Made by a program: the position numbers and the translations under genes. Positions 27,546 through 37,123 of a stretch of DNA of 56,905 nt are shown one piece after another; the first letter of the stretch is position 1, and each line of letters starts with the position of its first letter. The stretch comes from Chloroflexota bacterium (GTDB taxonomy: Bacteria > Chloroflexota > Limnocylindria > Limnocylindrales > CSP1-4). The stretch is from assembly GCA_003141455.1 (NCBI GenBank), contig PLMA01000020.1:1-56905 (forward strand), read 5' to 3'. Under the pieces are notes generated by a model, which had not been told where the DNA came from, did not search any database, and was given only the letters and a program-made list of their open reading frames with translations.

Positions 27546-28235
27546 CTAGCGGCGGATGCTCCGGCGCTGAGCCTCCACGGCAGCCAATCCAAGCCCGCCC
27601 AGGGCGAAGGAGATCACCAACGCTAGAAGCGGCGTCGAGCTGCCGCCCGAAGAACCGCCGGTGCTGCTGGTTGGCGGAGGCGTAAGAACCCGGACGGGTG
27701 TGGCCGTCTCACCCTGGAGCGACTGAAATGGGGTCCGCGACGGATCCACCCTCGGTGTGGCCGTCTCACCCTGAAGCGACTCGAACGGGGTCGGGGTCGG
27801 CTTGGGGGTCGCTGTTGGCGTAGGTGTTGGGGTAGGTTTCGGGGTCGGCGTTGGCGTCGGCCTGGGTGTTGGCGTGGCGCAGCCCACGGCCGGCGCGATG
27901 CTCGCGCTCGTCGTGAACTCGACAATCGAACCCGTGTAGATCTTCAGTGTGAACGTGCCGGCTGCGGGCGCGGGGCCGCTTGCGGACCAGATCTGGCCGA
28001 AGGTCGTGTTGTAGTGGTTTCCGGCGATTCCGACGGTGCCGGGGATGGTAGTGACTACAACGACCGTCCGATCGGAGGTCACGTTGTGGTTCAACGAGAC
28101 GGACACGCTCCACGTGGCGCATGTCTCCGATGCGGCGACGTTGCCGGTATTGGCAGCCGTGACACCGGCCAGGGCAAACAGAAGCGTGGCCGACGTCAGG
28201 GCAGCGAGTGTCACCTTGCGATAAGTCGTGATCAT
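27546..28235 (-). CDS. secreted surface protein with small beta domain, PT linker and PPT-TM-basic C-terminus
   Basis: Signal peptide, two Cys, (PT)n linker, two copies of PF(E/Q)SLQGETATP, TPPPTSST, TM helix, QRRSIRR; GGAG RBS. Confidence 0.85.
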   Translation of the reverse strand: MITTYRKVTLAALTSATLLFALAGVTAANTGNVAASETCATWSVSVSLNHNVTSDRTVVVVTTIPGTVGIAGNHYNTTFGQIWSASGPAPAAGTFTLKIYTGSIVEFTTSASIAPAVGCATPTPRPTPTPTPKPTPTPTPTATPKPTPTPFESLQGETATPRVDPSRTPFQSLQGETATPVRVLTPPPTSSTGGSSGGSSTPLLALVISFALGGLGLAAVEAQRRSIRR

Positions 28236-28713
28236 TGCGTTACTCCAGCGTCAAATAGGGACGAGCAGCTGGCAGGCATATCCCGCCTGGATCCGCCGCC
28301 GCTGCGGCGACCGCCGCAGCCCACCGGGGCGGGTGCAGAAACGAGGCGTAGTGCCCGATGCGTGACATCCACTTGGGCCTTTGGGTAGCTACGTCAGAGC
28401 GGATGTCACTGAAGAAGATGAGCGGGGTGTGCGGCAATTGTCCAGTGGTTACGTTATGGTTTGTCCCGAGGGGCGCACCAATACGCCCACTCGCTCTTGA
28501 GGGAATAGGTCCGCGCCGCTCAAACGGGTCGGGCGTTTCACCTGGCGGACGGTCCCCAGCTAGGGTAGGCGGCCGAGAAGAGGCAATCCCACCCGATGGG
28601 ATGGCTCAGGAGCGCCTGCGTCCTGCGTCGATCCGAGGCGATCGTCGTGCCCGGGGCCGGATCACAGTCCCGCGCGGCGGGGCGACAAGTCGGCTGGCGA
28701 GCGAGTGAACAGA

Positions 28714-30363
28714 CTAGCCGCCGGTGCCGGCTGGACCCGTCGGAGGCTCGTGCCCCTCGGGCAGCTTCGGAGTGAAGCGGAAGCCGCCGGCCACTCCCGG
28801 CTCCGTAAGCTCGCGGGGGGCGAGTAGCTCGTCCAGTTCCGCGGCTGTGAAGATACCCCGCTCGATGACGATCTCACGGATCGAGCGCCGCTCACGCACC
28901 GCCTGCTTGGAGATCTCCGCGGCAAGGGCGTAGCCCAGGTACGGCGCCAGCGGTGTGGAGAGCGCCGAGGAATGCTCCATCAAGTCACGGGCGCGCTCTC
29001 GGTTGGCCTCGATGCCGGTTACGCAGAACTCCGCGAAGGCGCGACTCATGTTAGTAAGGATCGTGAGGGACTCGAGTGCCGTGTGGGCTATCACCGGCAT
29101 CATCACGTTCAGTTCGAGCTGGCCGGCGGAGGCGGCCCAGGCGATGGTGGTGTCGTTGCCGATGACCCGGAAGCAGACCATGGACAGGCACTCCGCCATG
29201 ACCGGGTTTACCTTGCCCGGCATGATCGAGCTGCCCGGCTGGACGGCCGGAAGAGTGATCTCGGCGAAGCCCGTCATCGGACCCGAGGACATGAGCCGCA
29301 GGTCTTCGCTGATCTTGATCAGGTCGACGGCGATGCCGCGCAACGCGGCCGAAACTTCGAGCATCGGACGCATGGAGTGCGTGGCCTGGACCAGGTGCTC
29401 GGCGCCGCGAAGTGGATGACCCGTTTGCTCGGCGAGATAGCGGACGACGAGTTCGATGTACTCGATCTCTGCGTTGAGGCCCGTGCCCACCGCGGTCGCT
29501 CCGATGTTCTGCTCGGCGATCGAACCGGCGGCGGTCTGGAGCCGATCGAGCCCACGGCGGAGCGTAAGCGCGTAGGCGGCGAACTCCTGGCCAAGGCGTA
29601 TCGGGACCGCGTCCTGCATGTGCGTTCGGCCCGACTTGATGACGTCGTCGAACTCGCGCGCCTTCTGCTCGAAGGCACCGATGAGCTCCTCGGCGGCGCA
29701 CGTGTAGTCGTGGATCCCATCGAGGGTGGCGATCCGCATCGAGGTGGGGAAGACGTCGTTCGTGGACTGGGCCATGTTGACGTGGTCGTTCGGGCTGATG
29801 ACTGAGTAGTCGCCGCGCTTGCCCGAGCCGACGCCGCTCGCGTGGAGCAGCTCGATGGCCCTGTTGGCCAGCACCTCGTTGGCGTTCATGTTGTGGCTCG
29901 TGCCGGCGCCGGCCTGGAACGGGTCGATGCGGAAGTTGTCGATCAGCTCGCGCTGCTTGGCGGCCCGGGCGGCCTCGAAGGCGGCGTGCATCGGATCGGA
30001 GGGCCGGCCGGGCTCCATGTCGTCAGCGTCTTCGGCGCATGGTTCGGTCGGGCAGAGGATCTCGTCCGCGGCCTCGACGATGGCGTTGCCGAGCGGCCTC
30101 GGCAGCCGGCCGGTGGCAAGGTTGGCTCGAGCTGCCGCCTTCTTTACCTGGACGATCGCACGCACGAGCGCCGGATGGGGGCGCGCGCCCGAGATCGGGA
30201 AGTTGTGGATGCCGCGGGCGGTCTGGACGCCGTAGTAGGCGGAGTCCGAAACTTCAAGATAGCCCAGGGGATCTTTCTCGATCCGAAAGCCGGCCCGGGG
30301 CGTTGGAGGAGTGGCGGGGCTCGTGGTGGCCGGTTTTGGCTGGCCTGCGGCATCGGGGGTCAT
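28714..30363 (-). CDS. aspA: aspartate ammonia-lyase (fumarase/aspartase superfamily)
   Basis: YYGVQTAR, NMAQSTNDVFP, GRTHMQDAVP and GSSIMPGKVNP motifs. Confidence 0.85.
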   Translation of the reverse strand: MTPDAAGQPKPATTSPATPPTPRAGFRIEKDPLGYLEVSDSAYYGVQTARGIHNFPISGARPHPALVRAIVQVKKAAARANLATGRLPRPLGNAIVEAADEILCPTEPCAEDADDMEPGRPSDPMHAAFEAARAAKQRELIDNFRIDPFQAGAGTSHNMNANEVLANRAIELLHASGVGSGKRGDYSVISPNDHVNMAQSTNDVFPTSMRIATLDGIHDYTCAAEELIGAFEQKAREFDDVIKSGRTHMQDAVPIRLGQEFAAYALTLRRGLDRLQTAAGSIAEQNIGATAVGTGLNAEIEYIELVVRYLAEQTGHPLRGAEHLVQATHSMRPMLEVSAALRGIAVDLIKISEDLRLMSSGPMTGFAEITLPAVQPGSSIMPGKVNPVMAECLSMVCFRVIGNDTTIAWAASAGQLELNVMMPVIAHTALESLTILTNMSRAFAEFCVTGIEANRERARDLMEHSSALSTPLAPYLGYALAAEISKQAVRERRSIREIVIERGIFTAAELDELLAPRELTEPGVAGGFRFTPKLPEGHEPPTGPAGTGG

Positions 30364-30731
30364 GGCGGTTTGCTCCTGGCTCGAAGCGGATGCCGGCCGT
30401 TGGCGACGCGGGACGCCGGCGTCATTCGATTCTATAGCCGCCGGATCGCGACTCGGCGGCCGCGCGGTCGCGCAGGGTGGATCGCCGGTGCGTCCCGCGC
30501 GACGAACTTTCGGGAATCGCACACGGTCCGGAGGTCTGCCCTCGCCACTCCAACGGCCCTCGAATCCAGGCTCGCCCGGAGAGACCGGTACATTTCCGGC
30601 TTCCCGAACCGGTATATTGCCGGGACCGGCCGCTGGCGCAGGCAGTGGTCTGGACATTCCGTAACCAGGCAACCGGGCGCCGCGTGCCCCGGTCAGCCCG
30701 GTCTGGCGCCCCAGGACGGAGGAGGTCCGGC

Positions 30732-32399
30732 ATGACGCAGCAACAGGCTCCCAAGACTCGCGAGGAGGTCATCCGGCAGGACGTTCACGACCTGCATCGC
30801 CTGGGTTATGCGCAGGAGCTCTTCCGCACGATGGGCGGATTCTCCAACTTCGCGATCAGCTTCACGATCATCTCGATCCTGACCGGCGCGGTCATCCTGT
30901 TCGACTACGGCCTGGCGTGGGGCGGTCCGGCCGCGAGCACGATCGGCTGGCCGCTCGTCTCGGTCTTCACTCTCCTCGTTGCGGCCTCAATGGCGGAGAT
31001 TGCCTCCGCGTACCCGACCGCGGGCGGCCTCTACTACTGGTCGAGCCGGATGAAGAACAAGGACTGGGGCTGGTGGACGGCGTGGTTCAACCTCGCCGGC
31101 CAGATCGCCATCGTGGCCGGAATCGACTTCGCCGCCGCCTCATTCGTCAACACGTCCATCGTGACCCCCATCCTGTCCAACTTCGGGATCACCTTCGGCA
31201 ACTCGACCGCCGTGGCCGGCTCGTTCGTTAACGGCCAGCTGCTGACTATGGCTGCGCTGCTGGCGATCCAGCTCTTCTTCAATATCGCCGGCGTCCGGAT
31301 CGTGTCCCTTCTCAACAACTTCTCAGTGTGGTGGCATGTCGGCACGGTAGCCGTCATCGTGACCGCGCTCTTCCTGATCACCAACGGCAAGGCCCATGCC
31401 GACATCAGCCCATTCGCGATTGGGCCCCTCGACACGACCGGCAGCGCTTCGCCGCTCGGCTTCAACCTGGGGTCGGCCGCGGGCTACGCCGTCCCGATAG
31501 CCTTCCTCTTCTCGCTGCTGCAGGCTCAGTGGACCTACACGGGCTATGACGCTTCGGCCCACGTGGCCGAAGAGACGGTCGGTGCCCGGCTCTCGAGCGC
31601 CTGGGGCGTCTTCATCTCGGTCGCGGTATCGGCCGTCGTCGGCTACATCGTCCTGATGGGCCTGGTGACGCACCTGCCGCCGCTCGATCAACTGATGAAC
31701 TGCTCCCCCGCGACACAGTCGCTCTGCAGCGCCTACTACGGCGGCAACCCGGTAGTCTTCACGACCCTTAGCTACAACCTCGGCACGCTCGGCGATGTGC
31801 TCGGAGCCGCCATCGCCGTGGCTATGAGCCTGTGCGGCCTGGCTTCGGTGGCCGCCGCCGGACGGATGCTCTTCGCCTTCAGCCGCGACCACGGCGTGCC
31901 CGCCTCGCCCTGGCTGCGCAAGGTTTCGCACCGATTCCGCACTCCGGCCAACGCACTCGCGGCGATCGTGGTCTTCTCGTACCTCCTGACCAACGCGGCC
32001 TATATCGCCGGCAGCTACACGGCCATCGCCATCGTCACCGCGATCAGCACGATCGCCCTCTACTGGGCATACGGCGTGCCGATCTTCCTGGGCGTCTTCG
32101 GCAAGCAGGAATGGCGCGACCACGCGGTCTGGCGCCTCGGCCGCTTCTCGAAGCCGATCGCCCTGGTGGCCGTCCTGTGGATCGTGTTCATCTCGGTGCT
32201 CTTCCTGTGGCCCACCTCGGGCAACGCGTACACCCTGCTCGCCTACCTCGTCTTCCTCGGGGCGCTCCTGGTCTACTACTTCGCGTGGGCACGTCGCCGT
32301 TTCAAGGGTCCGATCGTCGAGGTCGGGGAAGCCGAGCTGACCGAGATCGAACGCGAATTCGAGCGTGCCGCCGAGGAGCTCGGCGAGGCCGGCGCCTAG
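30732..32399 (+). CDS. APC-superfamily amino acid/amine permease
   Basis: LGYAQEL.R.MGGFSNFAISF, YPTAGGLYYW and GYDASAHVAEET motifs; GGAGG RBS. Confidence 0.92.
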   Translation: MTQQQAPKTREEVIRQDVHDLHRLGYAQELFRTMGGFSNFAISFTIISILTGAVILFDYGLAWGGPAASTIGWPLVSVFTLLVAASMAEIASAYPTAGGLYYWSSRMKNKDWGWWTAWFNLAGQIAIVAGIDFAAASFVNTSIVTPILSNFGITFGNSTAVAGSFVNGQLLTMAALLAIQLFFNIAGVRIVSLLNNFSVWWHVGTVAVIVTALFLITNGKAHADISPFAIGPLDTTGSASPLGFNLGSAAGYAVPIAFLFSLLQAQWTYTGYDASAHVAEETVGARLSSAWGVFISVAVSAVVGYIVLMGLVTHLPPLDQLMNCSPATQSLCSAYYGGNPVVFTTLSYNLGTLGDVLGAAIAVAMSLCGLASVAAAGRMLFAFSRDHGVPASPWLRKVSHRFRTPANALAAIVVFSYLLTNAAYIAGSYTAIAIVTAISTIALYWAYGVPIFLGVFGKQEWRDHAVWRLGRFSKPIALVAVLWIVFISVLFLWPTSGNAYTLLAYLVFLGALLVYYFAWARRRFKGPIVEVGEAELTEIEREFERAAEELGEAGA

Positions 32400-32420
32400 A
32401 GACTCGCCCCCACGGTTACA

Positions 32421-32453
32421 GGAGTGCGGCGAGCCGACTGCCTGCCGCACTCC
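32421..32453. terminator. hairpin between convergent genes
   Basis: GGAGTGCGGC...GCCGCACTCC 10-bp stem. Confidence 0.55.
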
Positions 32454-32474
32454 GCCTGAAGCTCTGGCGCGGTG

Positions 32475-35366
32475 CTACTGGCCGGAGAAGCTCCCGAAGT
32501 AGTCCTTTAGCTGGCCCTTTGCCTCCCAGCCCACCAGGACGATCTGGCTGGGTGTCCACGCTATGCGGCAACTGGTCGAGCCGCCGAAGCTCAGTGCGGG
32601 GGCGACGGGACGCTGCCAGCTCTTGCCATCCGAGCTGCTCCAAGCGGTCCAGTTGTTCGTGAGCTTGAGCGGTACGTCCAGGGCGAGGATCTGGCCGTTG
32701 ACGATGGCCCAGTTGCCGCCCGTGGTCTTGAGGCCCGACGGCTGCCACTTGACGCCCGTGGACGACCACCACCACGAGCTGGGGAGCGTGCCGCTCGGCG
32801 GGGCCGTTGGGGTGGGCTTGGCGGTGGGCTTGAGGGTGGGTTTGGCGGTGGGCGTGACTGACGCGGAAGCCGAGGCCGATCCGGAGGCCGAGGCCGAGGC
32901 CGGGGCGGAGGCCGAGGCCGGAGCCGGGGCGGAGGCCGAGGGAGTCGGGGCGACCCCGGAGCCGTTGGTGATCGCCACCAGCCCGTTGCCGATACCGAAG
33001 ATCTGGGTGACGTTCACAGGCAGGTGCCAATCGGTGCGCATCGTCCACGTGACTCCGTCCGGCGAGCTCCAGGCCGTCGAAACGCCCTGACGCGTCGGGT
33101 CATTGCCCGTGGCGACGAAGCCCGACTTGTATGTTCCGACGGTCAGCGTGTACCCGTCGGCCACGGAGATCGTGGCCGCGTTCCACGTCTCGCCGTCGGT
33201 GGAGTACATGAGCGGCGAACCGCCCGCCTTGTCGGAGGCAGCTACGAACCCTCCCGATCCGGCGGTGATCGACGAGAACTCCGGCGGGGGCGGGTCCGCC
33301 AGGCTGGTCTGATGCCACTTGCCGCCCTTGGGCAGCCGCCAGATGGTTCCGGTATCGCCGGACGCGCTGGTCACACGCCCGATGGCGATTACCCCGCCGC
33401 TGCCGTCGCTGATTGCCTGTAGCACGACCGGCCGGCCGTTGTTGGTCGGTGTGACGAGTGCGTCCGGCCTGAGCTCCTGCGCCCACAGGCTGCCGTTGTC
33501 CGAGGACCAGATGGAGGTTCCGGCCGGCTGGGTGATGAACGTCAGGAACTTGCTGTCTGTGGCTGCCACCGGCCCGAGCGTGTCCGAGGCGCCCACGTCG
33601 ACGATCATCGGCGAGTCGCCGGCCTTGAGCGAGAGGGCGAACTCGACCGGGGCCGAGGGGCCGGGAGTTGGCGTTCGGGCGGGTCCGAGGGTGACGAGGC
33701 CGGCGAGCACTCCCTGCCCGTCGCTGGTCGTGCCGACCACCACGACGCGGCCGGCGACGGCCGCCATTCGTCCGTGAGCGAGCGACTGCGATGCGCTTGA
33801 GATTGGCTGCCACGACATTCCGTCGTCCGAGGCCCACACCGACAACCCGGGCTGAGTCCCCTGCGTGGCCGTGCCGGTCAGGTTCTTGTCGGCGGCCCCG
33901 ACCGCCACGAAGCTGCCGTCGACGGCGGTAACCCCGTCCATTGCAGTCTGCGGCTGCTCTGAGGGCGCGGTGGCTTTGACCCAGGTCTTGCCGTCCGTGG
34001 AGGTCCACGAAACGGCCAGCCCTTCGGCCGCGGCTCCGGTGTCGCTACCGACGGCCACGATTCGGCCGCCCAAACCGGCTATGCCGCGAGCGTCGAAGCC
34101 GTCGAGGGACGCGCCCTGGGTCCAGTCCCGACCCGTCGTCGAGTACCACACCGACGAGCGGCGCGGGCCGTCGCCGTTCCAGAGCTCCACGATGGCGAAG
34201 CCGCCGTCCCATGACCCCACGGCTCGGGGGATGTAGTTCTGCGCCCCCGGAAGCACGGATGGGGTCCAGCGCTGGCCATCGGGAGAAAACCAGACCACGC
34301 CGTTTCCGGCCGTTACGACCGCCCCGGCGTTGGTGGTCGCGCCCCCGATCATCTCCTGGCCCGCGCTCGAGTCGACCTGGGCCGGAACCCACGTCTTGCC
34401 GTCGCGCGAGCGCCACGCCGTGGCAGCCACATCTGTGGGTGAGGATCCGAAGCTGTTGCCGACCACGACGAGGCCGCCGTTGCCGTCGAGGGAGAAGCCC
34501 TGGGCGGCAAATCGGCGCCCGGAGATCTCGAAGGCGCCGGAGCCGGAGAGCTGGCTCCAGGTCGAGCCGTCTTCCGATGACCAGACTGTGGTCGTCACGC
34601 TCGCGGTCGTCGAGCCCTTGGTCCCGAGCATGAGGAGTTTGTCGCCGAATGAGGCGAAATAGGGGCCGAAATCGAACTTGATGTCGGGCGGCTTGGTCGC
34701 ACTGCGCCAGCTGATCTGATAGACGCTGCCGGTCGCAACCGGCGCGGCCGGATTGTTAGGAAGCGTCATCAGAAGGCTCGCCACCACGGCCAAGGTGGCG
34801 ACGATGCCGGTCAAACCGAAGACGATCTTCAGGCTGGGCAGTCCGCTTCTGGCCAGGCCCAGGCCGGGCCGTCTAGGTGTTGTCCCTCCATCGACCGCCG
34901 ACCGCCGGCCCAATCCTCCGAAGCCGGGAAGCCCGATCTTGGGGCGTCCGGTGCCCGATTCACCCAGCCGCAGCCTCGCCAGCGGGTGCGGTGAGGCTTG
35001 CCGCGCGGACCTGGGCGCCGGCGCGTCGGTGGGCCTGGCGGCGGTGACGGGCCGCGGCTCCGAGCCGGCGCGAGCCCTCGGCAAGGGGTGAGCTTGCGAG
35101 GTGCGGTGAGTCAGCGCTCCCAGGATCCCACGGACAGCGGGACGCGGCGCGGCCGCTGGCTCCTTGGTTTGTTCGATCTCCGGCGCGGGCCGAACGGGAC
35201 GCGAGCGGCGGGCCTGATCGGATCCTGTCAGATCGGCTTTGCGGGGCATGTCCAGCGGGCGCGAGGCCACTCCGGAACCCTCCATGGGCTCGATGCCGGA
35301 TCCGTCGTCAGCGTTGTCGCCGGGCTGAGTCTCGCCGGGCTGAGTCTCGCCGTGGTTGTCGTTCAA
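32475..35366 (-). CDS. large single-pass membrane protein with extracellular BNR/Asp-box beta-propellers (start uncertain)
   Basis: Disordered basic N-terminus, one TM, about 11 W.S.DG.TW-type repeats and an S/A/P/T linker. Confidence 0.82.
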   Translation of the reverse strand: MNDNHGETQPGETQPGDNADDGSGIEPMEGSGVASRPLDMPRKADLTGSDQARRSRPVRPAPEIEQTKEPAAAPRPAVRGILGALTHRTSQAHPLPRARAGSEPRPVTAARPTDAPAPRSARQASPHPLARLRLGESGTGRPKIGLPGFGGLGRRSAVDGGTTPRRPGLGLARSGLPSLKIVFGLTGIVATLAVVASLLMTLPNNPAAPVATGSVYQISWRSATKPPDIKFDFGPYFASFGDKLLMLGTKGSTTASVTTTVWSSEDGSTWSQLSGSGAFEISGRRFAAQGFSLDGNGGLVVVGNSFGSSPTDVAATAWRSRDGKTWVPAQVDSSAGQEMIGGATTNAGAVVTAGNGVVWFSPDGQRWTPSVLPGAQNYIPRAVGSWDGGFAIVELWNGDGPRRSSVWYSTTGRDWTQGASLDGFDARGIAGLGGRIVAVGSDTGAAAEGLAVSWTSTDGKTWVKATAPSEQPQTAMDGVTAVDGSFVAVGAADKNLTGTATQGTQPGLSVWASDDGMSWQPISSASQSLAHGRMAAVAGRVVVVGTTSDGQGVLAGLVTLGPARTPTPGPSAPVEFALSLKAGDSPMIVDVGASDTLGPVAATDSKFLTFITQPAGTSIWSSDNGSLWAQELRPDALVTPTNNGRPVVLQAISDGSGGVIAIGRVTSASGDTGTIWRLPKGGKWHQTSLADPPPPEFSSITAGSGGFVAASDKAGGSPLMYSTDGETWNAATISVADGYTLTVGTYKSGFVATGNDPTRQGVSTAWSSPDGVTWTMRTDWHLPVNVTQIFGIGNGLVAITNGSGVAPTPSASAPAPASASAPASASASGSASASASVTPTAKPTLKPTAKPTPTAPPSGTLPSSWWWSSTGVKWQPSGLKTTGGNWAIVNGQILALDVPLKLTNNWTAWSSSDGKSWQRPVAPALSFGGSTSCRIAWTPSQIVLVGWEAKGQLKDYFGSFSGQ

Positions 35367-35690
35367 CAGGGTATGCCCACCTGCGATCTGATCTCCGTTC
35401 TTCGACCTCTCCCCCGGCCCCTCCTAATCGGGACGAGCGGGGCTCGGGCCCCGAGCCGAGCGCGGGGGAGACTCGAAGTCTGCCACGGTTCGGTCCAGAG
35501 CGGCGCGGCGCGTGTGCAGATGGAGTCTCTTAGGTGCGGTTAGCGGGGCTTGCAACGGCGTGACCGTGCCTGCCGGCCCTACCGCCTCTGGCGGGCCATA
35601 CTGGCCGCCACGCTCGGCAAGCGCCACAATATCGGCCAGGGGAGCGCCGGCCGCCCCGAGGTGCATGGCCGCGCAAGACAGGAGAATACG

Positions 35691-37112
35691 ATGAGCGACG
35701 AGCACGGCGCCACCGCCTCCGCCGGCCACAGTACGGGCCACGCCGTCCCCAGGCAGCTCGACGAGCTGCGCCAGATGGTTCGAGACGGGCGCATCGACAC
35801 CGTCGTCGTCGCCCTCACGGACATGCAGGGTCGCCTCATGGGCAAGCGCGTCCAAGCCGAGGCGTTTCTCAAGGGAGTCGTCGATCACGGGATTCACTTC
35901 TGTACGTACCTGCTCGGGACGGACATGGAGATGAACACGCCCGACGGCTTCAAGCTGATGAATTGGGAAACCGGCTACGGCGATTGGGTCGGTCGCGAGG
36001 TCTGGGAGACCACCCGGGTTCTGCCCTGGCTGGAGTCGACAGCCATCGTCCTGTGCGACGCGATCGACGAGGAAACCGGCCGGGAGATCCCGATCTCGCC
36101 GCGGACGATGCTGAAGCGCCAGGTCGAGCGGGCGGCCGGCCTCGGCTACACCGTCAAGGCGGGCACGGAGTTCGAGTTCTACGTCCTGAGCGACAGCTTC
36201 GAGGACATGAGCGAGAAGGGCTACAACGACGTCGAGCGCGTCGGGTACTACAACGAGGATTACCACCTCCTTCAGGCGACCAAGCTCGAGCCGCTGTATC
36301 GCCAGATCCGCAACCAGATGACCGAGGCTCGAATCCCGATCGAGTTCAGCAAGGGCGAGGCTGCCCCGAGCCAGCACGAGGTCAACATCCGCTACGACGA
36401 GGTGCTGGAGTCGGCCGATCGCAGCGTCCTCTTCAAGCACGGGGCAAAGGAGATCGCCTGGCTCAACGGCTACGGACTGACCTTTATGGCCAAGCCCTAT
36501 GCCGAGTGGACGGGCTCGTCCGGCCACCTGCACATGAGCCTGTGGGACCCGGCCGGCAAGAACGCGCTCTTCTACGAAGAGGCGGCCGAGCAATACGGCA
36601 TGAGCCAGACGATGCGCTGGTTCCTGGGCGGCATGATGGCCCTGCAGCGCGAGCTGGCCCTCTTCATCGCCCCCAACGTCAACTCGTACAAGCGCTACGC
36701 CGTTGCGAGCTGGGCGCCCGTGAACGTGGTGTGGGGCCGCGACAACCGCACGACAGGGTTCCGAATCGTTGGCCGTGGTCCAGGCCTGCACATCGAGAAC
36801 CGCTTCCCCGGTGGCGACATGAACGCTTACCTGGCGTACGCCGCCGAGGTGGGGGCAGGCCTATACGGGATCGAGCACAAGATCGAGCCGCCTGCCGAGT
36901 ACAAGGGCAACGGCTACGTCGCGAAGCGCTGCGACAAGATGCCGCGGGCACTGTACGAAGCGATCGAGCTGCTGGCGAAGAGCAAAGCGGCCGTGGAGAT
37001 CTTCGGCCAGGACGTGGTCGATCACTATCTCAACGCGGCCCGGGTGGAGCGCGACGCCTACGACTCGGCCGTCCACGCGTGGGACCGCGAACGTTACCTC
37101 GAGCGCGGCTGA
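35691..37112 (+). CDS. glutamine-synthetase-like gamma-glutamyl-amine ligase (GlnA4/PuuA-like)
   Basis: DMQGRLMGKR, GYGDW, TFMAKP, GSSGHLHMS, NSYKR and IENRFPGGD motifs; AGGAG RBS. Confidence 0.9.
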   Translation: MSDEHGATASAGHSTGHAVPRQLDELRQMVRDGRIDTVVVALTDMQGRLMGKRVQAEAFLKGVVDHGIHFCTYLLGTDMEMNTPDGFKLMNWETGYGDWVGREVWETTRVLPWLESTAIVLCDAIDEETGREIPISPRTMLKRQVERAAGLGYTVKAGTEFEFYVLSDSFEDMSEKGYNDVERVGYYNEDYHLLQATKLEPLYRQIRNQMTEARIPIEFSKGEAAPSQHEVNIRYDEVLESADRSVLFKHGAKEIAWLNGYGLTFMAKPYAEWTGSSGHLHMSLWDPAGKNALFYEEAAEQYGMSQTMRWFLGGMMALQRELALFIAPNVNSYKRYAVASWAPVNVVWGRDNRTTGFRIVGRGPGLHIENRFPGGDMNAYLAYAAEVGAGLYGIEHKIEPPAEYKGNGYVAKRCDKMPRALYEAIELLAKSKAAVEIFGQDVVDHYLNAARVERDAYDSAVHAWDRERYLERG

Positions 37113-37123
37113 TTCCGGCTCGA

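Noticed and set aside
30364-30731. riboswitch or sigma54 promoter between aspA and the permease
   Set aside because: No TGGCAC-N5-TTGC and no recognisable aptamer core.
35317-35352. 15-bp tandem repeat as a phase-variation site
   Set aside because: In-frame (GETQP twice) within a disordered N-terminus, so copy change would not shift the frame.
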